Positions 32,745-42,464 of a stretch of 64,000 bases of DNA are shown here, piece by piece. A model generated the notes under the pieces. That model was not told where the DNA came from. It did not search any database and worked only from the letters and a program-made list of their open reading frames with translations. How positions within the stretch are numbered: position 1 is the first letter of the stretch; every line of letters starts with the position of its first letter. The translations under genes were made by a program, and so were the position numbers. This DNA comes from an uncultured Thiotrichales bacterium (lineage in GTDB: Bacteria > Pseudomonadota > Gammaproteobacteria > UBA4575), in assembly GCA_964636225.1 (NCBI GenBank), contig CAZWQM010000003.1:74-64073 (forward strand). The letters are read 5' to 3'.

Positions 32745-32761
32745 TGAATATCATCATGGCA

Positions 32762-33985
32762 TCACGCCACTTTATTCATGTTTATTTTTTTTGCCGCAAC
32801 GATTTTGTCAGAGAGACTATCAGGAAGGAATCCTAAAACAGCCACACCAACCGTTACCAATAGTAGAGTTATTGCCATACCTGCCAAACCAAGCAACATC
32901 TCCCAAATACTTGGCGTGTATTGGCCAACTTCACCATCAAAGAATGAACTACTCACTTCCATGCCAGGGAACATTTCCAGTGGAAACGCCTGACCACCCA
33001 CCACAATCACATAGACTTGAGCCAGCCCGCCCAATATGATCATGGCGCAAATTGCGACCAGTGTTTTTCGACAATTCTGTACTTGAGGCATGTAGATTAA
33101 TGCCAGCGGAACCAAACCACCTATAATAATATGCCCCACCCAAAACAGTGTTGTGTAGATACCACCCTCTAACAGGAAAAACTTCTCAACACTGTGATGC
33201 TCTGTCGAATAAAGCTTGGTTATGTGATAGACGACCGTGAAATATAATACACTCGCGATAAACACACCTAGCAAATTGCGTAATTTATTCAGCACGTAAT
33301 CGCCCAGAGGCCGTTGTGTGCAACTATAGGATGCCATAAGCACTAGAATAAAAAATGCCAGTCCAAAAGCGAATGACATGATAATGAACATAGGTGCCAA
33401 GACCGCTGTATCATATGCACTACGAGCAACCAGGAAACCAAAAATTGAACCTGTACCTGTAGTAAGTATCAGACGCCAAATGAATGCGACCACACCTGCT
33501 TTTTTACTGTATTTCATCATGCTGTTGTCCATCATCCACCACATGTAGATGCCAACGATCACAAAGAAACCGGTATATAAGAAAATATTCCAGGCAAAAA
33601 TAGATTTAAAGTTATAGGTGGTCATGGCAACGATCAATCTGTCAGGACGACCCAAATCCAATACCAATACAGCGAGTCCACCGGCCAATAGCGAAAGTGC
33701 TAACAAGGCGGATAATCTGGCAAGCGGTTTATATTCGACTTTTCCAAATACAGAAGCAATGGATGCCACATTCAGAGCACCAGAAGCTGCAACAATTAAA
33801 AAGATTGCAAACACATGTGGCAAACCCCAGACGATCTGGTTAGTCATGCCGGTAATGACATGACCTTCATGTTCCATATGGTGAGCCGATAACAGACCAA
33901 TGGCCGTCATTAACGCCAGACCGATCAACAACATCCAGAACTTGGGTGAACGCGCTTCGATAGAGCTATATCTTAAAGTTTCCAT
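32762..33985 (-). CDS. dsrP: DsrP, NrfD/PsrC-like integral membrane subunit of the DsrMKJOP complex
   Basis: 407-aa polytopic membrane protein directly following the dsrO-like ferredoxin gene in a dsr cluster. Confidence 0.88.
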   Translation of the reverse strand: METLRYSSIEARSPKFWMLLIGLALMTAIGLLSAHHMEHEGHVITGMTNQIVWGLPHVFAIFLIVAASGALNVASIASVFGKVEYKPLARLSALLALSLLAGGLAVLVLDLGRPDRLIVAMTTYNFKSIFAWNIFLYTGFFVIVGIYMWWMMDNSMMKYSKKAGVVAFIWRLILTTGTGSIFGFLVARSAYDTAVLAPMFIIMSFAFGLAFFILVLMASYSCTQRPLGDYVLNKLRNLLGVFIASVLYFTVVYHITKLYSTEHHSVEKFFLLEGGIYTTLFWVGHIIIGGLVPLALIYMPQVQNCRKTLVAICAMIILGGLAQVYVIVVGGQAFPLEMFPGMEVSSSFFDGEVGQYTPSIWEMLLGLAGMAITLLLVTVGVAVLGFLPDSLSDKIVAAKKINMNKVA

Positions 33986-33989
33986 GTCT

Positions 33990-34787
33990 TTATAAACCCT
34001 GGTATCTAACGCCCGTATTCAGCCCCAGGTCAGCACGTATTTGCGTACCACCAAATTCTTTCAAGCGTTGTGAAATTTCACTTTGCGGATCATTTAAGTC
34101 ACCAAAAATTATTGCCTGATGGCCTTCACTCGCACATGCTTGTGCACAGGCTGTGGTGTTATCTCCGGCATCAACTTTATTTACACACATATTACAGGCG
34201 TCAACACAGCCTTTACCACGTGGCGTATTTGGGAGCTGATTTTCCAATACTTCATGAACAAACGATCGTGCTTTATATGGGCATGCCATCATGCAGTAAC
34301 GACAACCAATACAGGTATGCATATTCACTAATACGATACCGTCGTCACGCTTAAATGATGCACCTGTAGGACACACATCAACACAGGGCGGATGCTCGCA
34401 GTGTTGGCACATGACAGGAAATGACTTGCTATTCTTTGTCGTAGGATCTTTTATGGTAATTTTTCTGATCCACTGCGAATCAGTGCGGGAACCTTCTTCT
34501 GGCCATAGACCGTGCTCATCATTACACGCGGTAACACAGGCATTGCAGTCATCAGCACACTGATTAACATTTACCAACATTCCCCAGCGAACTTTATCTG
34601 TGACGGCTTGATCCGCCGGTTTGGCAGCGGCCGTTTGGTAAAGCATTACACCAGGAGCAACAGCCAGTCCTGACACACCTAACAGGCTTCCCAGAAATGA
34701 ACGCTTACTTTGATCAGTTTTCTGTATATCGACACCCTGATCAGGTTTGCGCAATAGTTTGTAGGCTTTATTAACGACGTTATTCAT
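33990..34787 (-). CDS. dsrO: DsrO, periplasmic 4Fe-4S ferredoxin-like subunit
   Basis: Tat-like signal (KRSFLGSLLGVSGLAVAPG) and multiple Cys clusters (CQHCEHPPCVDVCP, CIGCRYCMMACP). Confidence 0.88.
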   Translation of the reverse strand: MNNVVNKAYKLLRKPDQGVDIQKTDQSKRSFLGSLLGVSGLAVAPGVMLYQTAAAKPADQAVTDKVRWGMLVNVNQCADDCNACVTACNDEHGLWPEEGSRTDSQWIRKITIKDPTTKNSKSFPVMCQHCEHPPCVDVCPTGASFKRDDGIVLVNMHTCIGCRYCMMACPYKARSFVHEVLENQLPNTPRGKGCVDACNMCVNKVDAGDNTTACAQACASEGHQAIIFGDLNDPQSEISQRLKEFGGTQIRADLGLNTGVRYQGL

Positions 34788-34789
34788 TT

Positions 34790-35278
34790 TTACTGTGCTG
34801 ACAAAAGACTGGAATTTAAAATTAACTCATTAGCACTTGCGTTCATATCGAGATGCGGGTTAGTGCCATTGATAGCATGCTGCTTAATGGCTTCTCGCAC
34901 TGCCCCTTCAGGCCGATCCGCATGACACTGAAAACAATCTATGCTCACTGCCGCATAACTATGGCAGCTTGCACAGAAGTGTTCTTCGCTATTGGAGTAA
35001 CGCGCATAATCGCCCTGAGCATTGGGTGTGATATGACAATCAATGCAGTTTTTCAAACTGTGTTTTTTAGTACGTATCCCTTGGACAACAGTTTTATCCC
35101 GCTGGTGTAACACGGTTTCAAAATGGTTGGAACGCATCCACACCGGATCTTCGACACACTGCTCTCCTTTAGGCGGCGGCACATTACTGCCGTCAGCAAC
35201 TAATGCGTTGCTGAAGCAGATCAGCAGTAGTGCTATTAAAACATTGCCTAGAATGTTTATACGAGTGACTCCCATCAT
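34790..35278 (-). CDS. dsrJ: DsrJ, periplasmic triheme cytochrome c
   Basis: Signal/anchor peptide plus three CxxCH motifs (CIDCH, CASCH, CFQCH) in about 160 aa. Confidence 0.87.
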   Translation of the reverse strand: MMGVTRINILGNVLIALLLICFSNALVADGSNVPPPKGEQCVEDPVWMRSNHFETVLHQRDKTVVQGIRTKKHSLKNCIDCHITPNAQGDYARYSNSEEHFCASCHSYAAVSIDCFQCHADRPEGAVREAIKQHAINGTNPHLDMNASANELILNSSLLSAQ

Positions 35279-35339
35279 ATGCTTCTGTTGTTTCTGTATT
35301 TATAGACTCCCGCCTTCGAGGGAATGACTTTTATTATAT

Positions 35340-37292
35340 TTAGTGGTCGCCAAGCGCCATGTCGATGTAACCAGTAGGACATACATCTGCACATATATGG
35401 CAGCCCACACAACGATCGTAGTTAGTATCTACATAACGTCCAGTGGTGGACTTGTCTTTCTTGACTCGAAAAACTGCGTCCTGAGGACAGTAAATCACAC
35501 AGTTATCACATTCAAAACACATACCACAGCTCATGCAGCGTTTTGCTTCTTCGACAGCCTGCTCTTCTTTTAGACCTATCAGTCTTTCCTCAAAGTGTCC
35601 TAATACCTCGTCTGAACTTGGAACGACGGTTTCACGCTGTATACGTGGAGTATATTGGAAATGTCCAAGGAACAATCGATCAGAAGAAATAATTTCTTGC
35701 GCTGAACGATCCTCAAAGTTATGAATCGAGAAACTGGACGCATCTGTACCACGCGTTTCACCTACCTGGTAGGCTTCAGGCTCTAGTCCTGTCTCCTGCA
35801 GTTTTTCAAGAAGCGAGAAATGATGTACATCTACTTTTGGTCGCTTACCAAATTCCTGACCTTTCAGATAGTGATCTACGCTTTCTGCGCAAATAGATGC
35901 CTGGCCGATCGCAGTTGTTAACAAGTGTGGACGAATAATATCACCACAAACGAAATGACCCTGTTTACCTGGCACTTGATAATGTTTATCGGCATCAATC
36001 AAACCACGGCCGTTATCAAATTCTTCCAATCCTTCCAGATCGCCACCCTGACCAATGGCCGCAACAATCAGATCACATTCAATTTCGTACTCGGTACCTT
36101 CAACTGGAGTAGGTCGACCATCTTTCATTTCACACTTTGCCATGCGTAACGCAATGGCACGACCTTCATCGTTGACGATGACTTCCACTGGCATTACACC
36201 GTTATCGATGCGCACACCTTCGTGGATAGCATCATGCACTTCATGCTCGGCTGCAGTCATTTCCTCTCGCTCGAACAATGAAGTCAGTGTGACTTCTGCA
36301 CCTTCGCGAGCAGCAGCATAAGCGGCATCGTGAGCGACATAACCACCAATCACATGCTCAGGTGCTTCCTGCTTATCCAGCTTTGAAATCTTGCCAAGAC
36401 GGCGCGCGACAGAAACAACGTCAATAGAGGTATCACCACCGCCCACACAAACCACACGATCTGCAGTAACTTTGAGCGTTCCTTTGTTAAACGCTTCCAG
36501 GAATCTCACGCCAGATACACAGTTGGGTGCATCACCGTTAGGTACTGGAAGATTTCGTCCTGTTTGGCAACCCAGCGCCCATACAACCGCATCGTATTCT
36601 TTTTCAAGATCTGCCAAGAGCACGTCACGACCAACACGGGTATTTAATTTAACTTCAATATCACCCAGATCGAGAATGCGTTGAATTTCAGCATCGAGGA
36701 TGTTACGTGGTGTACGGTAACCAGGAATACCGTACTTGAACATGCCGCCCAGCTCATCGTGGTCATCAAAAACAGTGCTGGCATGACCCATACGGCGTAA
36801 TTGATAAGCCGCTGCCAGACCGGCGGGCCCGCCACCAATGATAGCGACACGTTTACCGGATAATGTAGCTGGTGCTTCGAACTTAAAACTTTCTTTAACC
36901 GCGGTATCACCAATATATTGTTCTACGGCATTAATACCGACAAAGTCTTCGACATTGTTTCGGTTACATCCGTCCTGACAAGGTGCAGGACATACACGAC
37001 CCATCATTGATGGGAAAGGATTAGCATCCGTGGAGCGACGGAATGCATATTCCTGCATAGTGACACCTTCAGGGGGACGTTCTATTCCTCTTACGATATC
37101 CAGCCATCCACGAATGTCTTCACCTGAAGGACAGCTGCCCTGGCAAGGAGGTGTACGATGAACATAAGTAGGGCACTTATGGGATTTATCGCCTTCAAAA
37201 ATTTGGTCGCCAAAATTTCCCCACTCGTGGTCACCATCATCAAACTTACGAAATGTTAGTTTGTAAGACATGTCATCCTTTGATGTAGCCAT
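35340..37292 (-). CDS. dsrL: DsrL, NAD(P)H:acceptor oxidoreductase (GltD-like with C-terminal ferredoxin domain)
   Basis: IIGGGPAGLAAAYQL dinucleotide fold, N-terminal Fe-S Cys cluster, and C-terminal 2x[4Fe-4S] (CMSCGMCFECDNCVIYCP, CVGCHICADVCP). It lies between dsrK and dsrJ, as in sulfur oxidisers. Confidence 0.9.
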   Translation of the reverse strand: MATSKDDMSYKLTFRKFDDGDHEWGNFGDQIFEGDKSHKCPTYVHRTPPCQGSCPSGEDIRGWLDIVRGIERPPEGVTMQEYAFRRSTDANPFPSMMGRVCPAPCQDGCNRNNVEDFVGINAVEQYIGDTAVKESFKFEAPATLSGKRVAIIGGGPAGLAAAYQLRRMGHASTVFDDHDELGGMFKYGIPGYRTPRNILDAEIQRILDLGDIEVKLNTRVGRDVLLADLEKEYDAVVWALGCQTGRNLPVPNGDAPNCVSGVRFLEAFNKGTLKVTADRVVCVGGGDTSIDVVSVARRLGKISKLDKQEAPEHVIGGYVAHDAAYAAAREGAEVTLTSLFEREEMTAAEHEVHDAIHEGVRIDNGVMPVEVIVNDEGRAIALRMAKCEMKDGRPTPVEGTEYEIECDLIVAAIGQGGDLEGLEEFDNGRGLIDADKHYQVPGKQGHFVCGDIIRPHLLTTAIGQASICAESVDHYLKGQEFGKRPKVDVHHFSLLEKLQETGLEPEAYQVGETRGTDASSFSIHNFEDRSAQEIISSDRLFLGHFQYTPRIQRETVVPSSDEVLGHFEERLIGLKEEQAVEEAKRCMSCGMCFECDNCVIYCPQDAVFRVKKDKSTTGRYVDTNYDRCVGCHICADVCPTGYIDMALGDH

Positions 37293-37331
37293 AACCTTGC
37301 TCCTAGTTAGCTAATACCGTTTTAATTTAGT

Positions 37332-38879
37332 TTACGCTGCTTCAACATCATCCGATGCTGAATCTTCTTCATCACTCTCGCCATCCGTCTGTCCCGTCAG
37401 GACAATGGCATTACTGACAAGCTGATGCACGCTGACAATCTGGTCCATACTAAAATCGTAGTATGGAAATACTTTTGAAAATTGACTTTTGCATATGGCA
37501 CAGATAGCCGCCATGTGAGTCACACCATTTTCTACAGTTACCTGCTTAAGCGCCTGCATACGGGGCATGGCGCCCTTGACTCGCAGTTCGATTAAATCGT
37601 CGGTTAACAAACCGCCACCGCCGCCACAGCAATAAGTACCTTCCTTAATGGCATGCTCCGGCATATCGTAATAATGATTACAGCATGCTTTAATGATATC
37701 GCGTGGAATAGTAAATTGTCCGCCCGGGGTATCACCCATGCGTGATGCGCGCGCCACATTACAGGAATCGTGATAAGTCAGTACCATGTGATCATTTCCT
37801 GACTTATCTAATTTAATCGTTCCATCCTGTATCAGCCCGTGGGTTAATTCACAGATATGCTGCGGTACTGGATATTTGGGATCAAGAAAATCAAATGGCC
37901 CGGCCAGTGTATTCAGGAAGCTGTATGCGACACGCCATGCGTGTCCACATTCTCCGAACACGATACGTTTAACACCAAGATCAATGGCCGCTTTACGAAT
38001 ACGCAAAGCAAGCTTCTGCATGTTTTCATAACTTCCGATAAACATTCCGAAGTTTGCGGCTTCACTTGCGTATGAACTCATCGTCCATGAAATTCCTGCC
38101 TCATGGAATACTTTTGCGTAACCAATCAAACCATCAATATGCGGCTCTGCAAAAAAGTCTGCTGAGGGAGTTACCAGTAATACTTCGGCGCCTTTCAGAT
38201 CCAACGGCAATTTAACCTGCACACCAGTTTCATCCTCAATGTCTTCTTCCAGACCTTCCAAGGTATCCAGTAATGCCGGTTCCGGTAGACCCAGGTTATT
38301 TCCTAATGTCTGCGCCTTGCCTATAATTTCATTGCAGTATTTCTGCCCTTTACCGACGGCGTCCATCACTTCACGCGCAGCCATAGATATTTCAGCAGTA
38401 TCAATTCCGTAAGGACAATACACTGAACAGCGACGACATTGTGAGCATTGATGGAAATAGGTATACCAATCATCCAACACTTCTTCAGTGAGGTCTTCTG
38501 CGCCAACCAGCTTAGGTACCAGCTTACCGGCCAAAGTATAGTAACGACGATAGACTTTTCTGAATAGATCCTGGCGTGCCACAGGCATGTTTTTAGGATC
38601 CGTTGTTCCTAGGTAATAATGACACTTATCTGTACATGCACCACACTTAACGCAAGAATCCAGAAATACCTGTAGAGAACGATACTTTTTAGTTAGCTCG
38701 CCCATTTTATCAATGGCAACTTGCTTCCAGTTATCAACCAGCTCACCTGGATAACCTAACGGTGTTTGAAACTGCTCTTTGGCAACAAAAGGAGCACTGT
38801 GTGCCATTGCCCCTTTCTGCAGCTTTGGAATGATCGGATATTCTTTTAGCTCCGGTACTTCAAATTTAATGTCGGCCAT
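37332..38879 (-). CDS. dsrK: DsrK, HdrD-like catalytic subunit (CCG domain)
   Basis: Ferredoxin-type motifs CVKCGACTDKC and CSQCRRCSVYCP, plus the CCG-domain cysteines (YCCGGGGG). Confidence 0.9.
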   Translation of the reverse strand: MADIKFEVPELKEYPIIPKLQKGAMAHSAPFVAKEQFQTPLGYPGELVDNWKQVAIDKMGELTKKYRSLQVFLDSCVKCGACTDKCHYYLGTTDPKNMPVARQDLFRKVYRRYYTLAGKLVPKLVGAEDLTEEVLDDWYTYFHQCSQCRRCSVYCPYGIDTAEISMAAREVMDAVGKGQKYCNEIIGKAQTLGNNLGLPEPALLDTLEGLEEDIEDETGVQVKLPLDLKGAEVLLVTPSADFFAEPHIDGLIGYAKVFHEAGISWTMSSYASEAANFGMFIGSYENMQKLALRIRKAAIDLGVKRIVFGECGHAWRVAYSFLNTLAGPFDFLDPKYPVPQHICELTHGLIQDGTIKLDKSGNDHMVLTYHDSCNVARASRMGDTPGGQFTIPRDIIKACCNHYYDMPEHAIKEGTYCCGGGGGLLTDDLIELRVKGAMPRMQALKQVTVENGVTHMAAICAICKSQFSKVFPYYDFSMDQIVSVHQLVSNAIVLTGQTDGESDEEDSASDDVEAA

Positions 38880-38903
38880 TCTTCTTGCGCTCTTTTAATT
38901 ATG

Positions 38904-39629
38904 TTACTTGGAAGATTCCAACTTGATTGCCCACGGTGCGATATGTCTCTTCTCACGCGGATTATCCACTTGATTTCGCGTCGGACTGAAAAATACACCG
39001 GGCGCATGTAACAATTTAGAGATTGGGAATATTACCATTAGTGTAATCACCAATAATAAATGAATCACCAGAATTGAATCTGTAGGCATAGTTCTGATAT
39101 CAAATACCATTAAGCCCAATAAGTATGATTTCAAAGTAATGATGTCTGTATGTGTCACAAACGTCATTAATGCACCTGTTACTCCAATTCCAATGATTAA
39201 TAGCAACATTAAATAGTCTGAAGGTGCCGAGATATAACGCACACGATCAACCACGATACGTCGCAATAACAAACCACCTAGTCCGGCAAGCATCATTAAT
39301 GATGCATACTTACCAAATGGCTGTAACAAAGCTACCCACCACCATACCGGGTCAGTAAAATAACGCAGATGGCGCAATAAAACCAAAAACAGGCCAAAGT
39401 GAAACATCCATCCAAATAACCAGATCCATTTGTTTGATTTGAACAAACTTTCAAAGATTGTAATTTCCTTGATCATTCGAAACGCCACACCGGATGTAGT
39501 AGTCGGCGCGGGTGTGGTTGGAATTTTTAGTGGCGCAGGCGTCTTCATGTATTTGCGAATACGAAACGCAAGACCAAAGACTAAAATTGCCGTCGCAATG
39601 TAAAATAATATAGCGAATAAAATAGACAT
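38904..39629 (-). CDS. dsrM: DsrM, NarI-like dihaem cytochrome b membrane subunit
   Basis: 241 aa with about 5 TM helices containing conserved His residues. It precedes dsrK. Confidence 0.88.
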   Translation of the reverse strand: MSILFAILFYIATAILVFGLAFRIRKYMKTPAPLKIPTTPAPTTTSGVAFRMIKEITIFESLFKSNKWIWLFGWMFHFGLFLVLLRHLRYFTDPVWWWVALLQPFGKYASLMMLAGLGGLLLRRIVVDRVRYISAPSDYLMLLLIIGIGVTGALMTFVTHTDIITLKSYLLGLMVFDIRTMPTDSILVIHLLLVITLMVIFPISKLLHAPGVFFSPTRNQVDNPREKRHIAPWAIKLESSK

Positions 39630-39705
39630 TTTATATAAACACTAAAGCGTATTTGAGACAAAACCGGACGAGCCCAATGAACCCGCCCAGCTTTCAACAA
39701 AATAA

Positions 39706-40038
39706 TTATACGCAGCCAGTTGGCTTTGGAAGACCAGCATATTTACATGCTTGCTTCGCAGGGCCATAAGGGAACAATTCATACAAGTATTTGCTGTTAC
39801 CTTTATCTTTACCAAGCTTCTTGCCAATTGCCTTAGTCAAAACTCGTACTGCTGGAGCAATCTGATACTCCTCGTAGTACTCACGCAGAAAGTTAATAAC
39901 CTCCCAGTGGTTTTCGTCTAATGCAGCACCATCAGCCTCAGCCATAGCTGTTGCAAGCTCCGGTCTCCACTGATTCAAATCTGCCAAGTAACCCTCTTCG
40001 TCTGTCTCGTAACTTTGACCGTCGACTTCTATTGCCAT
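39706..40038 (-). CDS. dsrC: DsrC, sulfur-trafficking substrate protein of DsrAB
   Basis: 110 aa. The C-terminal arm ...GPAKQACKYAGLPKPTGCV carries both conserved cysteines (CysB-X10-CysA, with CysA penultimate). Confidence 0.93.
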   Translation of the reverse strand: MAIEVDGQSYETDEEGYLADLNQWRPELATAMAEADGAALDENHWEVINFLREYYEEYQIAPAVRVLTKAIGKKLGKDKGNSKYLYELFPYGPAKQACKYAGLPKPTGCV

Positions 40039-40116
40039 GTGATTTCTCCTATCGTTTTATCGCTAATCTTGATTCATACGCTATTAATCGCACAAATCAT
40101 AATCTTTCATAAATTA

Positions 40117-40425
40117 TTACAGCCAAGACTGAACTGACTTATGTTCGGTGGTCAGATCTACAAATCCACTGTAATCAACAATTTTAATGCCGTCTGCAAC
40201 ATTGTCTTCACTCAAGCCTCGCGCTTTAAGATCTGGCCCCAAGACATAAAAAGAAATATCTGACATCGCATCAGCTACTATCTTTGAATGTTTTGTATTT
40301 TTCATTGCAGCCACAACACCGTCTTCTATTAGTAAAATTGAGCTGCCTGGTTTGGCTAAACGAACGCAAGATTCAAGCGTATTTTTTTCAAACGGGCTTT
40401 TATTTACTGTATGTAGCATTGCCAT
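40117..40425 (-). CDS. dsrH: DsrH (TusB-like) sulfurtransferase subunit
   Basis: 102 aa. MLHTVNKSPF... matches DsrH/TusB. It is the third gene of the dsrEFH block. Confidence 0.85.
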   Translation of the reverse strand: MAMLHTVNKSPFEKNTLESCVRLAKPGSSILLIEDGVVAAMKNTKHSKIVADAMSDISFYVLGPDLKARGLSEDNVADGIKIVDYSGFVDLTTEHKSVQSWL

Positions 40426-40437
40426 ATGCTCAATCCT

Positions 40438-40857
40438 CTAAAAACTAAATACGACGTCTTGCTGATCAATCACTTCAGCAAGTTCTTGGCGTGAAACAAG
40501 ATGAATGGAATCTTTTTCTGCCCAATCATCGTCTTCATCTTCGTATTTCAAATCCTGCAGATCATCCAGAGACAATCCACGCTCTTCCAAAGATTCTTTT
40601 TCAATGTAAATCTTCTTGATGTCGTAATCTCCCAGCGCAGAATAAGTAGGTGAAAAGTTTTTCATGCCTATCTCACCCGTGTTTTGACCTTTCATTAATT
40701 GGTATACACCGTCATCCGCAAATACCAGACTAACATCCTGATCAAACGCTGCTGCAATTAATACAACTTCCAAAGATTCAAGCGCGTATATGGTTCCGTA
40801 AGGAGACTTACGGTTCATATACATAAATTTCTTAACTACCTGATCGCCGTCTTCCAT
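40438..40857 (-). CDS. dsrF: DsrF (TusC-like) sulfurtransferase subunit
   Basis: 139 aa with a DsrE/F fold (SPYGTIYALESLEVVLIAAAFDQDVSLVF). SD GAGAGGGA lies upstream of the ATG at 40857. Confidence 0.85.
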   Translation of the reverse strand: MEDGDQVVKKFMYMNRKSPYGTIYALESLEVVLIAAAFDQDVSLVFADDGVYQLMKGQNTGEIGMKNFSPTYSALGDYDIKKIYIEKESLEERGLSLDDLQDLKYEDEDDDWAEKDSIHLVSRQELAEVIDQQDVVFSF

Positions 40858-40887
40858 TTAAATATCCCTCTCTAGTCTTTGTTCAGG

Positions 40888-41280
40888 TTAATCACCAAAC
40901 ACAACCATACGGTCTGCCTGAATACCGGCTTCAATTAACTGCCCCAGCCCAGAGATACGAAAACCTTCAGCGACATTATTTGCAGTTTTACCATTACGCT
41001 TGGCTTCATCTTCATCCAGCATTCCACGACGCTGCGCAGCAGCCACACATAAAACCAGATCTACATCATGCTCTTTTGCCAGTTGTGACCACAGATTGGG
41101 TATATGACGGTCATCCTGTGGCGGCACCGCCAGAGACGTACCGTTATTCACACCATCATGATAGAAGAACACGCGAAATACTTCGTGACCTTTATCAATT
41201 GCGGCTTTAGCAAACTTGTACGCAGTGTCTGATGCTTGATGCGTGTAAGGGCCTTCGTTGACTAATATTCCAAATTTCAC
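40888..41280 (-). CDS. dsrE: DsrE (TusD-like) sulfurtransferase subunit
   Basis: 130 aa. MKFGILVNEGPYTHQAS..., with the active-site Cys context DLVLCVAAAQRRG. Confidence 0.88.
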   Translation of the reverse strand: MKFGILVNEGPYTHQASDTAYKFAKAAIDKGHEVFRVFFYHDGVNNGTSLAVPPQDDRHIPNLWSQLAKEHDVDLVLCVAAAQRRGMLDEDEAKRNGKTANNVAEGFRISGLGQLIEAGIQADRMVVFGD

Positions 41281-41296
41281 CGATCAACTCCCAAAT

Positions 41297-42370
41297 TTAG
41301 AAACGAATATGGGTAGAAGCATTAAGACTACGACGCGCGCCTCTCCAGTTATCAATGTGGAATTTAGTAAACGGAAGACCTGTCAATTCAAAGAATCTTG
41401 GCCAACCCACACGCTCGACCCAATCGTTAATTCTTTCCCAATCACGCGCATCTTCTTTGTATGCACGCAGAATACGCTTAACAATGGCAGTCGCTTCAGG
41501 CCAACGTGGAGGATTATTAGGTATACCCGCAGCCACCAGTTTTTGAAAAGTTGGTTTGCTACGTGCATTTGAATGATTACCGCCCACCCAAATCGCTAGT
41601 TTGGAATGTTCAGCATCATTAATTTGCATTGGAGGACATGGCGGGAAGCATGCACCACAACAGATGCATTTCTTCTCGTCCACTTCCAGTGATGGCTTAC
41701 CATTCACCAACGCAGGTCGAATCGCCGCAACCGGACAACGCGCCACAACAGAAGGTCGCTCACATACGTTTGAAACCAAATCATGATTGATTTTAGGTGG
41801 CTTGGTATGCTGCACGTTAATCGCGATGTCACCCTGGCCACCACAGTTAATCTGGCAGCAGGATGTAGTGATATGCACTCGGTTAGGCATGTTGTTTTCT
41901 CTGAACTCATCGATAAGCTCATCCATCATCGCCTTAACCACACCAGACGCGTCAGTGCCCGGAATATCACAGTGCAACCATCCCTGTGTATGCGAAATCA
42001 TTGCAACTGAGTTTTTGGTGCCACCTACAACGAAGCCTTCGGCTTCCAGCGCATCAATTAGAGGCTGAACTTTGGCCTCATCGGCCACCATGTACTCAAT
42101 GTTTGAACGGATAGTAAAACGCACATAGCCATCTGCGTACTTGTCACCGATGTCACACAGCGAACGCAATGTAAAAACGTCAAGAATTCGTTGAGTACCG
42201 GCACGCACCGTCCAGATCTGCTCGCCACTTTTGGCTACGTGCAACAAAACGCCCGGTCGCGGGTGTTCATGATAGTCCCATGCGCCATAGTTTTTGCGCA
42301 TAACCGGGTGCATGTATTGAAAGCCGTCTGGGCATCCTGATTCTATAGGTGGGCGATGTTCTTGTGACAT
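41297..42370 (-). CDS. dsrB: dissimilatory sulfite reductase beta subunit (reverse/oxidative type by context)
   Basis: 357 aa with sirohaem/Fe-S Cys motifs and a ferredoxin insert (CICCGACFPPCP). It follows dsrA. Confidence 0.93.
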   Translation of the reverse strand: MSQEHRPPIESGCPDGFQYMHPVMRKNYGAWDYHEHPRPGVLLHVAKSGEQIWTVRAGTQRILDVFTLRSLCDIGDKYADGYVRFTIRSNIEYMVADEAKVQPLIDALEAEGFVVGGTKNSVAMISHTQGWLHCDIPGTDASGVVKAMMDELIDEFRENNMPNRVHITTSCCQINCGGQGDIAINVQHTKPPKINHDLVSNVCERPSVVARCPVAAIRPALVNGKPSLEVDEKKCICCGACFPPCPPMQINDAEHSKLAIWVGGNHSNARSKPTFQKLVAAGIPNNPPRWPEATAIVKRILRAYKEDARDWERINDWVERVGWPRFFELTGLPFTKFHIDNWRGARRSLNASTHIRF

Positions 42371-42464
42371 TGTTTTTTATCTCCGAACTACAAAGCCCAC
42401 AACTAGTTGCAGGCTTTGGTGATTTAAATAATAAAAATTAAAATTCTTGCTTAAAGCCGAGCTT

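Noticed and set aside
32340-32761. Possibility that the 79-aa ORF after dsrP is dsrR, dsrS or dsrN.
   Set aside because: Its size and character do not fit. DsrN is a large amidotransferase, DsrR is an IscA-like soluble protein of about 100 aa with no TM helix, and DsrS is much larger. The ORF is therefore left as hypothetical.
39642-39827. 61-aa minus-strand ORF overlapping the dsrC 3-prime end.
   Set aside because: It is out of frame with the highly conserved dsrC and is a shadow ORF.
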